DNA of 64,000 nucleotides from Macrostomum lignano (Eukaryota), in NCBI GenBank assembly GCA_002269645.1, contig NIVC01000038.1, positions 1 through 64,000 of the forward strand, written 5' to 3'. How positions within the stretch are numbered: position 1 is the first letter of the stretch; each line of letters opens with the position of its first letter. A model generated the notes under the pieces. The model was not told the origin of the DNA. It was given only the letters and a program-made list of their open reading frames with translations, and did not search any database. Below are positions 10,596 to 22,642 of this stretch, in pieces. A program made the translations under genes and the position numbers.

Positions 10596-13530
10596 TGCAA
10601 CAGTCCGCATCTCCACCCCGCTCTGATAGCACTGCAAATCCCTATAAACGCCTACAGCTAGTCCCTAGTCCCATCCCTAATATCGTGTCTAATCATATGC
10701 CTAAAGCACCTGTATGAATCCAGTGTCCTTATACATAAAAGACATTAGAAATTGCTGCTTTTTGTAGATAGACTAATATTCAAAAAATCCTACATCATAT
10801 CAATGCTGTTGGTACATGTACTATTAACAGATCAAGATTTAAATGAAAGTACACTCAAACTTTATGCATAAAAAGTACATGCATCAAAAGTAATATTTTG
10901 ATATTTCGATTATGTTTCTGTAGTTGTGATGATGCAACATTCTGACTTGTCTACTGCGCGTTCTGCGAGTTGTCTCAAGTGTCTAGATGTACTTATAACT
11001 CCACTTGAGACTCTCCCTGTCTCACGCTTACACGCTGACTCTGGGATCACCCTCTGTAGCTGGCGCCGCCTCTGTAGCTGGCGCCCCCCTCTGTAGCTCA
11101 GGTCGTCGGGACGCACTGGTTGGCGCTCGGAAGATACAATATGGTATTTAGTTACGGTATACTAGCAATCAGCGCCCCCCGTTGGGAGCCAACAAAGAAT
11201 GCAATACAAGTTTTTAAATAAAATACATGTAGCTTCCTCTCTCAATACCCCAGCAATTCCCCCCGTAAGCCTTGACATCTCAGCAATTCAGGAACTGCCG
11301 AAGATAGTTGCAATAAGTTTGCAATTTCACGCCCAAAGCACGCGAGAGAGTGGGAGGCTGGGAAGGAAGACTGAGAGCCCCACTCCAACCAACCGACCCA
11401 CCGGTGATTCGAGCAGGAGTATATAACGAAATAAGGGGGGTAAAATACATGGAGGTGACTCCACCAAGCTGGATGACGGGGTGGGTTACTCCTGCACTGC
11501 AAGAGTGCGCAACACAACACTCGGCTCTATGTCTCAAATTCATCCCAGATCTTCATTCGATAACATAATCTTAGAGTACTATATCGCGATGGCTTTTTTG
11601 TAAATTATTAAAACAAAAAAGTTAGACCACAGCAAGGGTGTTTTGTAATGCGAATCAGCAGGTAATGTTGCTGAAATTTAAGTTGTATTTGCTGTTCACC
11701 TTCTCAAGTTCTTAGCTATTGGAAAGTTTGCTAAACCAATGGATAGTCACTTTTCTAAGAGAATTTAATAAATTAAAACTTACATACATGTGAGGTGGGG
11801 GTGGAGAAGAAGAATTTAAAAAAATTGATAATGGGGTTGTTCAGGTTTTCTTCGAAACCGGTTAGCGTTGCGTTCGCACGAATTAAGCCGGAAAAATCGC
11901 GCGGGTGAATCTCAACGAATTTCTTCTCCTTTGTCTCCGACAGCCGGGGTCCTCAAATTCCGGGGGGAGGGTAGTTGTAATCGTAGCGGAGCGGTCGTAG
12001 AGCGGCACGGTCGTTCAGTTAAAAAAAAGGAGATTCTGACTCCGTGAATTAATGCGTCGATGAGTTGAACTTGTTACTTTTAGTAGGGTAGTTGCTGCCA
12101 CCACCGTAATTTACGTATTACGGAACGAATAAAGTCTCAGAGCTTTCTTTGAGTTGAGACTAATCGGTTATTTTACGCCCCACGGGCAAATAACTTAAGA
12201 TAAGCTATGGCAATGTCAACGGATAAAAGAAGTTATTGATTAACTTGTCGTCGTTATTTATTGGTTATATTATAGGAGTTGTTGGATTATTTGTACTATC
12301 CGCAGGCGTTGATTTACTACTTGCGCACCAGGATTCTTTTGGGCGGCGACGGCGAGCTGGAGTTAGAGCTTGAGCACAAAAACATCGCGGCAGAACCGCA
12401 GTTTATATAAGCAAAATATTAAACTCAATTCAGGGACGGGGGTTGGGACGGATAGCTGGGCTACAGAATGGGCGAACATGCGGGCAACCAGATGGACGAA
12501 TTAAACACATAGCATTGGATAGCAAAATGGCAGAGATCAACAAAAGGAAAAATCGCTTCAACGGCAGGGCAACCCAAAGGGACAACAATGGGAAGCACAA
12601 GGGCAACGATGGGAAAGTATAATGCGGCACAACCGTTGAAAATTAAAATAAAAATTCCAGGAATTGGGCACCAATTTAAATTGGAAAAATTAATATTATT
12701 TAAGTTTTAAAGTATTACAGTTTAGTGGCAACCCGCCTGCCACACATGTTCAAAATTGCTCAAGAATTAAAGTTTACAGTACGTGACATATTAGTCATAC
12801 TACATGTACCAGACATTTGTATATTTGTTATTAACAAATCTTTACTAATGTGCGTACATAGACAAACAATTTGACCTACATTTTTTTAGATTAGTGAGTA
12901 AATAGATTCAGACAATTTCAATAAGATTTCAAATCTCAAAGCAAGCTTATTAGTTTTGACTGCTCCCTTACATTGCATCTCCACTAGGCTCGAATTTTTT
13001 TCATTTTATAAGTACCGGCGTAATTTCATTTATATGAAACGGGCTTCAGTTTACATTTCTCAAAATCAAGTTACAATTTCGAGTTTCAGTTCCATGCCAG
13101 TTACAGTTTTAAGTTTATCAAATCAGAATGAAATAATTCTCAACGCACCTAAAAACATATTACTGTTCAGACACCCAGTAACCTAGCCCTAAGATAAACT
13201 TCTATAACAAATTTTCTAAATTTTGTTTAAGATCCCAAGCTATATTAATACTTGATTTTTTGATAAAAATGAGAATTTTCCATCTTTAATAATTATTGAA
13301 AAAATCCTACAATTAAGTTAACTTTTCGAAGTCAATTTTAAAAAGCATAAAATACCTAGCGAGTAGCTAATAAACTTTTGGATGATATCGTCTTTAAATA
13401 AACCAACTGACACACCAAGTAACAAGTATACTAATTTTCTAGTATATTCTATTCCTGCAGCTTTAACATCCTACTAACAGCCTCATCCACACCCATTCAG
13501 CCTCACAGCTTCATCCAGACCCACTCAGCC

Positions 13531-14275
13531 TCACAGCTTCATCCAGACCCACTCAGCCTCGCTGGCCACCTCAGCGGGCACAGCGGCGTACTTCAGCAGG
13601 CGGCACATCCGGCTCGAATTCGCGAAGGCGCAGCCCAGGCAGTCTTGGCTGAGGTGGCAGGCCATCAGGCACTGGATTTCCGTTCTGGTACGAACGCTGA
13701 TGTGCATGATGGAGCTGCTGGAGGCTGAGATGCTCGGCAGGCTGGCAGCGGGCAGTCTCGTAAGAGTTGGTCCGACTGCAGTTTGATTTTAAAAATTGTC
13801 AGCCCGAAAATCAGGTATTGTCAATTATGCAAAAAAATCAAGTATGTTTCCTTACGCGATGGGTAGTCAATTTCGTAGACAGAATTTTTAAAGCCTCCAC
13901 CACACTTTTGAGACGAGTTTCCCCTGCAGTCGTAGTCGCATTGGCTTTCATTAGCGGCACCGTACGAGCCGTAGGCGAAGCCACAGCAGCAGAATTCTCC
14001 CGCCTGAGCACAGAAGTAGCGGAACCGACCGTAGGCGCAGATTCGGCTGCACAGCTCCAGCGTCATTGCCTTGTTGTGCACGAACTCCGGGGATCCGAAA
14101 CTTGTTTGGTGCGGGCCGAAGGCTGTGACTCCGTACAGGCCTGTCAAGTCCCTGACATTACTATCCTTATAGCAACCGATGTAGCGAAATCCCAGAGGCT
14201 GCGGAGGCGCGGCAGCCAGGCAGCATGCGAGGCTCGTCCATGTCAGCAGAACAGAAAGGCTGTGAGCTCCGTCAT
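13531..14275 (-). pseudogene. WSC-PAN copy C (exons 14275-13856, 13775-13531); frameshift in the signal peptide
   Basis: WSC and PAN exons are open and splice in frame (C|GTAAG...ctgcag|TC; 80-nt intron). The ATG homologous to the other copies (14275) reads MTELTAFLFC* and is out of frame with the WSC domain. Confidence 0.75.
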
Positions 14276-14379
14276 GGCGGATATGATTCTCAGATTCGAA
14301 AACTTTAGCAGACACTTTGTCTCTCACTTGCTTCTTTTTGACAATCGTGACTTCAGTAAGTGCCGTTTTTAAGCTAAAA

Positions 14380-14710
14380 AGCAAGGTGGGAGGATCAATG
14401 CAGCTCTGCTAATGGCATGCAGATCAGTCAGTGCTGTGGACTCAGGGGAGGCTGAACCAAGCAATAACTCCCTTTGTCACTAATTGCCTTCTTGCAGAGA
14501 CCTGCGAGGACCCAGTGATGGGCGTGAGCTGAAGAAACTGCCAGGCTACCCATGGCGCCTTGAAGCTTCGGGTGCAGAAAGAAAGACAAAGAAGAAAGAA
14601 GAGGCAGCGTTGAAAACAAACCCAATGTTGGAGCTAACATCTTTTTCATCCCTAAGCCGACGATAGTCTTGTTGGTCTTGAAATCTGAAAGCTTTTTTGG
14701 TAGCTGTAGG
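14380..14710 (-). promoter_or_regulatory. Conserved upstream module (copy C)
   Basis: Homologous to 3590-3945 and 17990-18335. Confidence 0.5.
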
Positions 14711-15594
14711 GGAGCGCTAGTCGATCACGAGCAATTGCATGTAAGCCTATTCCACTTACAATGAGACAGTGCTTTCTTCTCTCATTTTAAGGCCTGTGTC
14801 ACTTCATATGAGTTGGGACTCTTTGCTTCTTTTTCACTGCAAGTCGATAACAGGAGCGCGAATGCAAGCAATGGAGAGAATTGCTCGCCGGCTCTGTGTC
14901 TGCCTGAAACTCTCTTCCTTTCACCATTCATTCATTCGATGATAATTCTTTAGCGCAGCAGCCCTCATCAGGCTCTTACGCTAGTTTGCGACAGCTTTCG
15001 TCAGAGCCTAACTTTTCATTGCTATGCACTTTTGGTGACAATAACACGCGCGTGGGATGTCATTAATGTCATTTTGGACATTAGCACCCAACGGCAATTT
15101 AAACAATAAACAAAGGGTAAGTTTTATTTCTCGATGCTAGCAAAACGCTGGGAAACTGTTCAACGAATAAATGGTATGATAATCAGTGAATACCAGGCCT
15201 ACACAGAAACGTCACTCAAAAAGAATATCGATCAGATTGCGACTGCCGCCAATGGTCACTTTCATCTTCTTTGACGGAGCAGCCTGCACACGTAGTGTAC
15301 CGTTGGTCTGGAATGAAAAACATCCACACATTCCTCCAACGTAGCGTCGCTTATTGTGGTTGGACGAGCTAACTTATCAATCTCATTAGTTTCGGAAACT
15401 GCAGGATGATTCTGCGCCCGATCCACAGCCAGAGATGCCCGATACAAACTGCGATCACGACGCCTCGATAAGTAGCGCTTAACAGTTCGCTCACACTTTT
15501 GCCCAGTGATGAGCATGATCTCCTGGTGGTCTGGCCACTGGCATCCAGGTCGCAAACTCTAGTTACTCTGGAGTCTGGAGTAAGCCTGCACATA

Positions 15595-15720
15595 TTAGCA
15601 ATTCCTCCATAAGCCTTGACATCTCAGTAATTCCCCCAGCTGTAAGCATTGACGTCTCAACAATTCCCCCCCAGCTGTAAACCTTGGCATCTTAGCAATT
15701 CCCCCCATAAGCCTTGACAT
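15595..15720. repeat. Short tandem repeat, ~27-31 bp unit (agcaattccccccataagccttgacatct)
   Basis: About 4 degenerate copies; a related unit lies at ~11250-11292. Confidence 0.75.
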
Positions 15721-16934
15721 AATAGTGTATATGTATGTAAATTTCTAATCAATTTCACAGTCTACTGCAAGCCCATCTGAGACAAGGATTTGCACTTGTA
15801 TTAGGAAACTTCACTTAGGACATTGGTCCTTTGTGCTCTATATCCACGTTCAATCCATTTCCAGCGAGTCGAGGTGTGAAAGTTGTGAATAATCACAAAT
15901 TGTTAAAGTGGCGTCATTTTTGGATAGAATTGAGGTGGAACAAAGAGATACAAAGGGGTGGGAACCAAGGGGTGTGGATAATACCTCGTTAAAGACTGCA
16001 CTCTGCCAAGACCCCCCCCCCTATCACGCTGCTTGAGTTTAGTCTGTTGGATTTGTGGGCTGTGAGGGCCACGACCGGGGTTGCACTACAAATAATTTCA
16101 TTACAATAGTAACATAAAATAGTGTTACAGGTGTCTTATTAGTTCCTAATTAATCTACGAGCGCATCCCATTAATGCCACCAAGTAAGACAGCAGGTGAG
16201 GTTTATCCGCATATCCTGAATTTTTGGATCAATGGTAAAAAAACGCTGCATGTACTTTTGACTATTAATACTAGTAGACTCCTATCTGTGGCGAGGTAAG
16301 AGGCCGGCTGAGTTGCTCTTTGGACGGCCCCTTTGAGTTCCAGTAGTTTCAACAGTGCGCCAAAGTGGTCTACAAGCCCAATGCTGACGCTCGTTCCTCA
16401 ATATGGATCATTTTGTTTCGAATCGAAGAACCGAGATGAAGATGGAGAATAAGCCATGCCCCATGGACGGGCTCTCTTAGTTTCTGCCTATGAGGACGGC
16501 AAAGACTAGCTGCAACTGGCGAACCAATGATATTTTGTCAACCGGAAGAAATATAATTTATTACCGCAGCGCCAACCACACCAGACTCTCCCGATGACGA
16601 AATTAAATGCCCTATTGCACTTATTTAAAGCTTATTTAAAAGTTCGAAGACCCCTGCAGAGAAGTTTCAGATTGGATTTGCTAGCCCGAACAGTAAGTAA
16701 AACGCCAGGATTTCTTGTTTGCAGCTCGGAAGTAAATATTAATTGCCAAATCAACGGCGCAAGCTTTCCCAGGTGTCAAAGCCCTAAGAAGCCACTGTTT
16801 CCAATTCAAAGGAACAATATATTGGAGTCAGGGAGCTGCACTCAGCAAAGTTTTCAGCTCAGCACATCAGGGTATTAAAATCAGTGACAAAACGAAACAG
16901 TTCAGGGTTCCAGGGTATCCAGACCCACTCGGCC

Positions 16935-17842
16935 TCACAGCTTCATCCAGACCCACTCAGCCTCCCTGGCCACCTCAGCGGGCACAGCGGCAAATTTCAG
17001 CAGGTGGCACATCCGGCTCGATGTCGCAAAGGCGCAGCCCAGGCAGTCCTGGCTGAGGTGGCAGGCCATCAGGCACTGGATGTCTGTCCTTGCAGCAATG
17101 CTGTGGTGGGTAACGGAGCTGCTCGTAGCCGAGATGTTCAGTGTGGACGCTGAAGGCAGCATCGTCAGAAACTGTCCAACTGCAGATCAATGTAAGGATT
17201 TGGCAGAAAACATGTTTTGCAAGTTTCATGGCAACTTTAAAGTAGATTAGTATAAACAAACGAAACTAACGAATAAATTTAGTTTTTGAACTCTACGAGA
17301 AAGTACATTTAGATGTAAGGAAATGGAAAATTTAAAAGTGACTCCGCTATGTGTTATCATTTGATTAAAATTTAAGAAACACGCTAAATAGGTAACAATT
17401 TCACCTATTATGTCTTACATGGTTGGTAGTTGATTTCGTAGATTGAATTTCTGTAGGCTCCACCGCACACCTGTGACGAGTTACCAGCGCAGACAGATCT
17501 GCACTGACTCTCAGGGGCGGCACCGTGCGAGCCGTAGGCGGAGCCGCAGCAGCAGTGTGATCCCGCCTGAACACCGAAATAGCGGAACCGACCATAGGCG
17601 CAGATTTGGCTGCACAGCTCCAGCGTCATGGCGGCACTGCGTACGAAGGCCGGCTCTCCAGAATCAGTTCGGTGCGGGCCAAAGGTTTTGAGTCCTTGCA
17701 GGCCTTTTAAGTCCCTGACAACTAAATCATTATAGCAACCGATGTAGCGAAATCCCAGAGGCTGCGGAGGCGCAGCAGCCAGGCAGCCTTCAAGACTCGC
17801 CCAGGTCAGCAGAAAGGCGGTGAGCTGCCACCCAGCCTTCAT
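16935..17842 (-). CDS. Secreted WSC + PAN/apple-like protein, copy D (exons 17842-17419, 17179-16935; 222 aa)
   Basis: Signal-like MKAGWQLTAFLLTWASLEGC, complete WSC domain, phase-1 intron T|GTAAG...ctgcag|TT, open PAN exon. Its PAN exon and downstream flank closely match copy B. Confidence 0.88.
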
Positions 17843-17989
17843 GACGGATATGATTCGGGTTTTTTTCAGCGAAAACTTCAGTCAGCAGACAGTTCCTATC
17901 TCACTGCTTATTTTTTTGCAATCGCGGCTTCAGTTTTGGCCTGATAAGCATTTACATGCGATGCTCTACCTGTGATTTCGCACCGTATT

Positions 17990-18335
17990 TAAGCGAAAAT
18001 TCGAGGTGGGTGGATTAATGCAGCTCTGCTAATGGCATGCAGATCAGTCAGTGTTGTGGACTCAGGGGAGGCTGAACCAGCTGTAGCTCCCTTTCGGTCA
18101 CTGCACGAATTGTTTTCCTGCAGCGAATGCAGACCCAGGAGGGGCGTGAGCTCAAGAAGCTGCCTGGCTACCCATGGCGCCTTGAAGCTTTTGCGATTTA
18201 GAACGAAGTTGACAAAGCAGAAATAGCCAGCATTGCAAACAAATTCAAAACTGGAGCTAACATCTTTTTTCACCCCTAATCTGATGACATCTTGTTTGTT
18301 CTGCTGAAATCTAAAAGCTTTTCGGGAAAGCTGAC
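17990..18335 (-). promoter_or_regulatory. Conserved upstream module (copy D)
   Basis: Homologous to 3590-3945 and 14380-14710. Confidence 0.5.
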
Positions 18336-18661
18336 AGATTCCAGGGCGCTGGCGTCAGCAGCAGCGGCACCTCCTGCACCCGGATGTAGACAGTGCGACT
18401 CGGTGCAGATTATGTGGCCTGTTTGATTGTTTGAATGAGCTACTGTAGATTTTTCTCTGTAAGAAAAATTTCAGCTTTTCTAACACTACCAAATACAGTT
18501 ATCTCGTTTTATTTTGCCAATCGGGAAGATGAGTTTCTGACGACTGAAGCTATTTAATGAGCCAGAAGAGGAATCGACTCTCCATTGAGTGCGGACATTT
18601 TAATTTAACTGTCTTTGACAGTTGAGGTCGTCTGCGACATCCGGACAGGCTGTTGCTGTTG

Positions 18662-19224
18662 TTGTTGTTGTTGTTGTTAGCGGAGTGCGGCTCCATCAGA
18701 TGGGGACCCAATTGAGGGCACCCAGGAGCCGCGCCACCGCGTGACCATCGGCCAGGTCGCTGAGGTTTTGCACTCTGTGCATGCGGCGAGTCGAGTCCAG
18801 GACTGGACAGATCAGGATCAGGATCAGGATCAGAGAACTGGGTCACCTCGTCCCCGCACAGCCTGCAGGCGGCGTCGTCGGTCGTCCTGATGCGCTTCTT
18901 ATAATAAGCCGACGCCGGACAGTGGCCTGCACGGACTTGCGAGACGAGGACCCTCTGATTTCTGGGGCCGTCATGGTAGGTAAGGCTCCCCGAATAGACA
19001 TCGTTCAGATGTCCCTCCAGGACGGGCTGGTACCGGACGGACCTGCGCAGCAGACTCTTGGACGCGGCTAGCGCTAGCGGAACGTGCTGTTGCGGCAGGC
19101 CCGTGGCCCGTTTGGCCTCCCGATCGGCCAGCTCATTGCCGTCGACGCCCACGTGCCCCGGGATCCACTGTATGGTAATAGCTGTGACCCGAGTAGCACA
19201 GCGAATGAGGCCCTTGAGCTCCTC
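18662..19224 (-). mobile_element. 5'-truncated non-LTR retrotransposon (RNase H-bearing, I-group-like)
   Basis: RNase H motif QWIPGHVGVDGNELADREAK, then RAGH...CRLCG zinc-finger start and an (AAC)n tail. Flanked by the 14-bp direct repeat GGCTGTTGCTGTTG at 18648-18661 and 19225-19238. Confidence 0.88.
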
Positions 19225-20640
19225 GGCTGTTGCTGTTGCTGCAGGTGTATGGAGTTTGCTGGAATTTTACTAGGATGCATTTTTATAGAAAAGACATTAA
19301 AGATGCTCTTCAAATTGCATACTAACATATCAGAATATCCTGAGAACGTCATAAAAAATCAAAATATAGTTTCGCCAAACTAACCTGTTTTTAATAAATT
19401 TTCATAAGCATATATAGAACAACATCAAGTTTGCTTTCGGTGACTGTTTATCACATCATTTGATTGAACTCCACTTGGCCAGGCCAAGAAATGGAAAAAT
19501 ATTATTAGCTATATTCTTAATTTATTCATTTTTAGATATGCAAAACGACTTCAAACTTGTTTCTTTGGCCTTGGCTGCACCTCATTCTGATTAAGATAAA
19601 CAAATAAATAAACGGAGTATATTTTATACTTCCTTAACGGTTGCTTTGCTCGCTAAATTTCGTAAAGAATTTTTTTCGGCTAGCATATTTCGTTGCGGCG
19701 AGTATCGGCCTGGTGGTCAACACCATCGTGCTCTACGTGCCGCTTGACATCGGGGCTTGCGACTTTGTGCCGACGTTCACCGCGGGTTTACCTGGGCTGA
19801 CTTATTTCTTTCGATGAGGGCAGTCCTGCAATCTGAGTCCCTACCTGACCATCACAGGGTGGCGTTGTTCCAGTCGGTGGTCGAAATCTACCGGCTAATG
19901 CCGGAAGTAACTTTGGTGAGGGAGTAGAAGTGACCGAAGACTTATCTCTTCTGAACGGAACAAGTCATTAGGAGACTCACCGCTGACTTAGTCGCTTGTA
20001 TCGATGACGATTTAAATAAAACAAAAATATTCCTACGGGTCTAAGGTAAACGCATTTAATGTTTCGGCTCGCGTATGACGTTATTTAAGGTATTTTGTGA
20101 GGCTGGCCATACGTAGCAGCAATCCCAAAAAGCTTCGCATTTGACTTCACTGTACACGTACTACGCTCGTAGTTACACAACTTCGGTTCGATGCAATTTA
20201 AGTAAGCATTCTACGCAATTCGAGCTACAAATACTTCTCCAAAGAAAACGTACCTGACCTGATAATTGGTGCATGTACCTGCTGCTAGCAGAACCGTTCC
20301 CGAACGCTGCAATTTAAATTTTGAAGAATCAAAGATTAATCGCTGAAATTCAAGGTTTTATTAACGTAAACTTCACCAAGCCATTCTTCTAAAGATTCCC
20401 CTACTTCTAAACTATTGGATTACTCACTCAACATCTTTGCCTTTAGTTACTTCTATGTTTGATGGTTCCAACGCCTATACTCGTATCGGAACAACCTACC
20501 AATTCACGGTAATCCCGAATTTCCCATAGTTCTTTAATATGTATACGGCCCTCCAATTCATTTGAAAAAAACGCTTACATGTAGCATTATGCTTTGTTTC
20601 CAAACTATGAATCTAAAGAGTTCGCTTACCACACTGGAAA

Positions 20641-20676
20641 GAGAGGGAAAGACAGAGAGAAAACGAGAGAGAAAGC

Positions 20677-20706
<30 letters not shown>
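20641..20706. repeat. (GA)n microsatellite
   Basis: Seen directly. Confidence 0.95.
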
Positions 20707-20707
<1 letters not shown>

Positions 20708-21378
20708 TTAAGTCTAGTTGTCTAAACACACGAACTCTCACTTCCAGACCGCAAGTCTGGGCACAGAATCTATAAGTGATCATTACTGTCGCGAGCTCCT
20801 CTTCTTATCGGGCAGATTCGTCGAGCTCGTCTCCTCGAAGTAGTTTTCCTCCAGAGTTTCCTGAAGTCGGCTGAGCTTGACAGCACGCCGTAACACTTAA
20901 ATCCGTCGACGTTAATACATACCTTATGATCAGCAATCAGAGATATCCGGGATGCGCCCAATTGTAATAAAATCAACTCAATAACGAAATCCTTCAAAAA
21001 GAGCGTCTTCTAGAAACTACGGCATCGGAGTCGTGTGCCCCTATCGGTTACAATAGGGTACCGAAATCACTCAAATCAAAAATCGTCTAGAAGTATCGGA
21101 ATCGGTCCATTGGATCCTATTCAATCCATTAGGAATAGGGAGGCCTAAAATTCAATAACTCAATAGTAATCAAATAATCAATTACGGCCGGCAATGACTC
21201 AGCTCTCAATAATCAAAGAACAAAAGCTTTGACAAAGGCTTTCCGATCGGTCACACACTTCTCTCAGAGATGTAGCCTCGTAGTTCTTGGTTGGTCTCAA
21301 GTTCTCTTGAAGCTGCTCCGAGTCGGGGATTTCAACTCGGATTTTTCGTTTGTATTTATATCACAATTTTTGCGAGAT

Positions 21379-21490
21379 ATAGATAGTAACGTGATTAATC
21401 TTTTCGTTATAGATAGAAAAATGATTTATCTTTTTGTTATAAATAGTAACATGATTCATCTTTTCGTTATAAATAGTAAACATGGTTCAT
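21379..21490. repeat. 30-bp tandem repeat, ~3.5 copies
   Basis: Unit atagtaacatgattcatcttttcgttataa. Confidence 0.85.
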
Positions 21491-21623
21491 AGTTTAAGTT
21501 TTGCTGCGCGTGTCTGTGTTACTTTACTTACAGTAGCATTTTATGATTTATATGTACAAATATACCGCAACAGATTATAGCTCGTTAAGGTAAGTACAAC
21601 TGCAACTGGAGTTTTTTATCAGC

Positions 21624-22394
21624 ATGAAAACCATGCTTCTGAAGAGCCTCATCATTGGCTTTCTGCTTCTGTGGACCACCACTGAGACTACCGTGCCCCT
21701 CTGACATTCCGCTACGTCGGTTGCTACAAAGACAGCATTACATCAAGCAAAGACTTAACCGGTCTACAATGAGTCACTGCTTTCGGTCCTTATGCAGCGC
21801 TGGAAAAGGTATCCAAATTTGTTAGTAGCAATGCAATGACTCTGGAACTGTGTAGCCAAATCTGCGCCTACGGCTGGTTCCGCTACTTTGGTGATCAGGC
21901 CCGAAGGTACTGCAGCTGTGGTTTCGCCTACGGCTCGTCCGGTGCAGCTCCTGAGAGTCAGTGCAGCTCTGCCTGCTCTGGTAACTCATCCCAGCTGTGT
22001 GGTGGATATTTCAAAAACTCGATCTACAAAATCAGCTACACTGCCAGTGAGCTTTTGTAGCTTATTGCTTCCAGTTTTATATATTTCACTGTCTTAGACA
22101 CTTGCAGAAACCATTTACACCTGATTAAAACCTTTACATTCACCAGTTGGTCCTTGGATGAAGAAGCTGGCTGTAGTGTCAATGCCGAGAATCTCGGCTT
22201 CCAGCAGCTCCAACATCTACCGCAGTGTTAGTGCCATGACGGAAATCCAGTGCCTGATGATGGCCTGCCACCTCAGCCAGGACTGAGTGGGCTGCACCTT
22301 CGCGACATCAAGTCGGATGTGCCGCCTGCTGAAGTTCGCCGCTGTGCCGGCTGAGGTGGCCAGTGAAGCTGGGTGGGTCTGGATGAAGCTGTGA
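21624..22394 (+). pseudogene. WSC-PAN copy E
   Basis: Signal-like MKTMLLKSLIIGFLLLWTT, but premature stops at CTC TGA (for LG), CAA TGA (for QG) and GAC TGA (for DC in the PAN exon). Splice sites A|GTGAG and caccag|TT are retained. Confidence 0.9.
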
Positions 22395-22642
22395 GGCTGA
22401 GTAGGTCTGGATGAAGCTGTGAGGCTGAGTGGTTCTAGATGAAGCTGTGAGGCTGAGTGGTTCTAGATGAAGCTGTGAGGCTGAGTGGTTCTAGATGAAG
22501 CTGTGAGGCTGAATGGGTCTGGATGAAGCTGTGAGGCTGAGTGGTTCTAGATGAAGCTGTGAGGCTGAATGGGTCTGGATGAAGCTGTGAGGCTGAGTGG
22601 TTCTAGATGAAGCTGTGAGGCTGAATGGGTTTGTGAGGCTGA
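22365..22642 (+). repeat. 28-bp VNTR made from the last codons and stop of copy E (~9 copies)
   Basis: Unit GAGGCTGAGTGGGTCTGGATGAAGCTGT; period 28 (22381, 22409, 22437...). Confidence 0.95.

Noticed and set aside
11850-12650. Possible LTR/gag remnant (AATAAA-containing block followed by a Lys/Asn/Gly-rich frame; weak similarity to 28900-28980)
   Set aside because: No second LTR, PBS, TSD or recognisable domain could be established.
13767-14372. Plus-strand 201-aa ORF and similar antisense ORFs over the WSC exons
   Set aside because: Shadows of the GC-rich minus-strand WSC coding sequence.
15262-15555. ORF with a Tc1-like HTH flavour (ERTVKRYL...RPTTISD)
   Set aside because: Similarity too weak by eye; no TIR or catalytic region nearby.
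20770-20900. Possible minus-strand terminal exon (LRRAVKLSRLQETLEENYFEE...)
   Set aside because: Short, no recognisable motif and no partner exons found.
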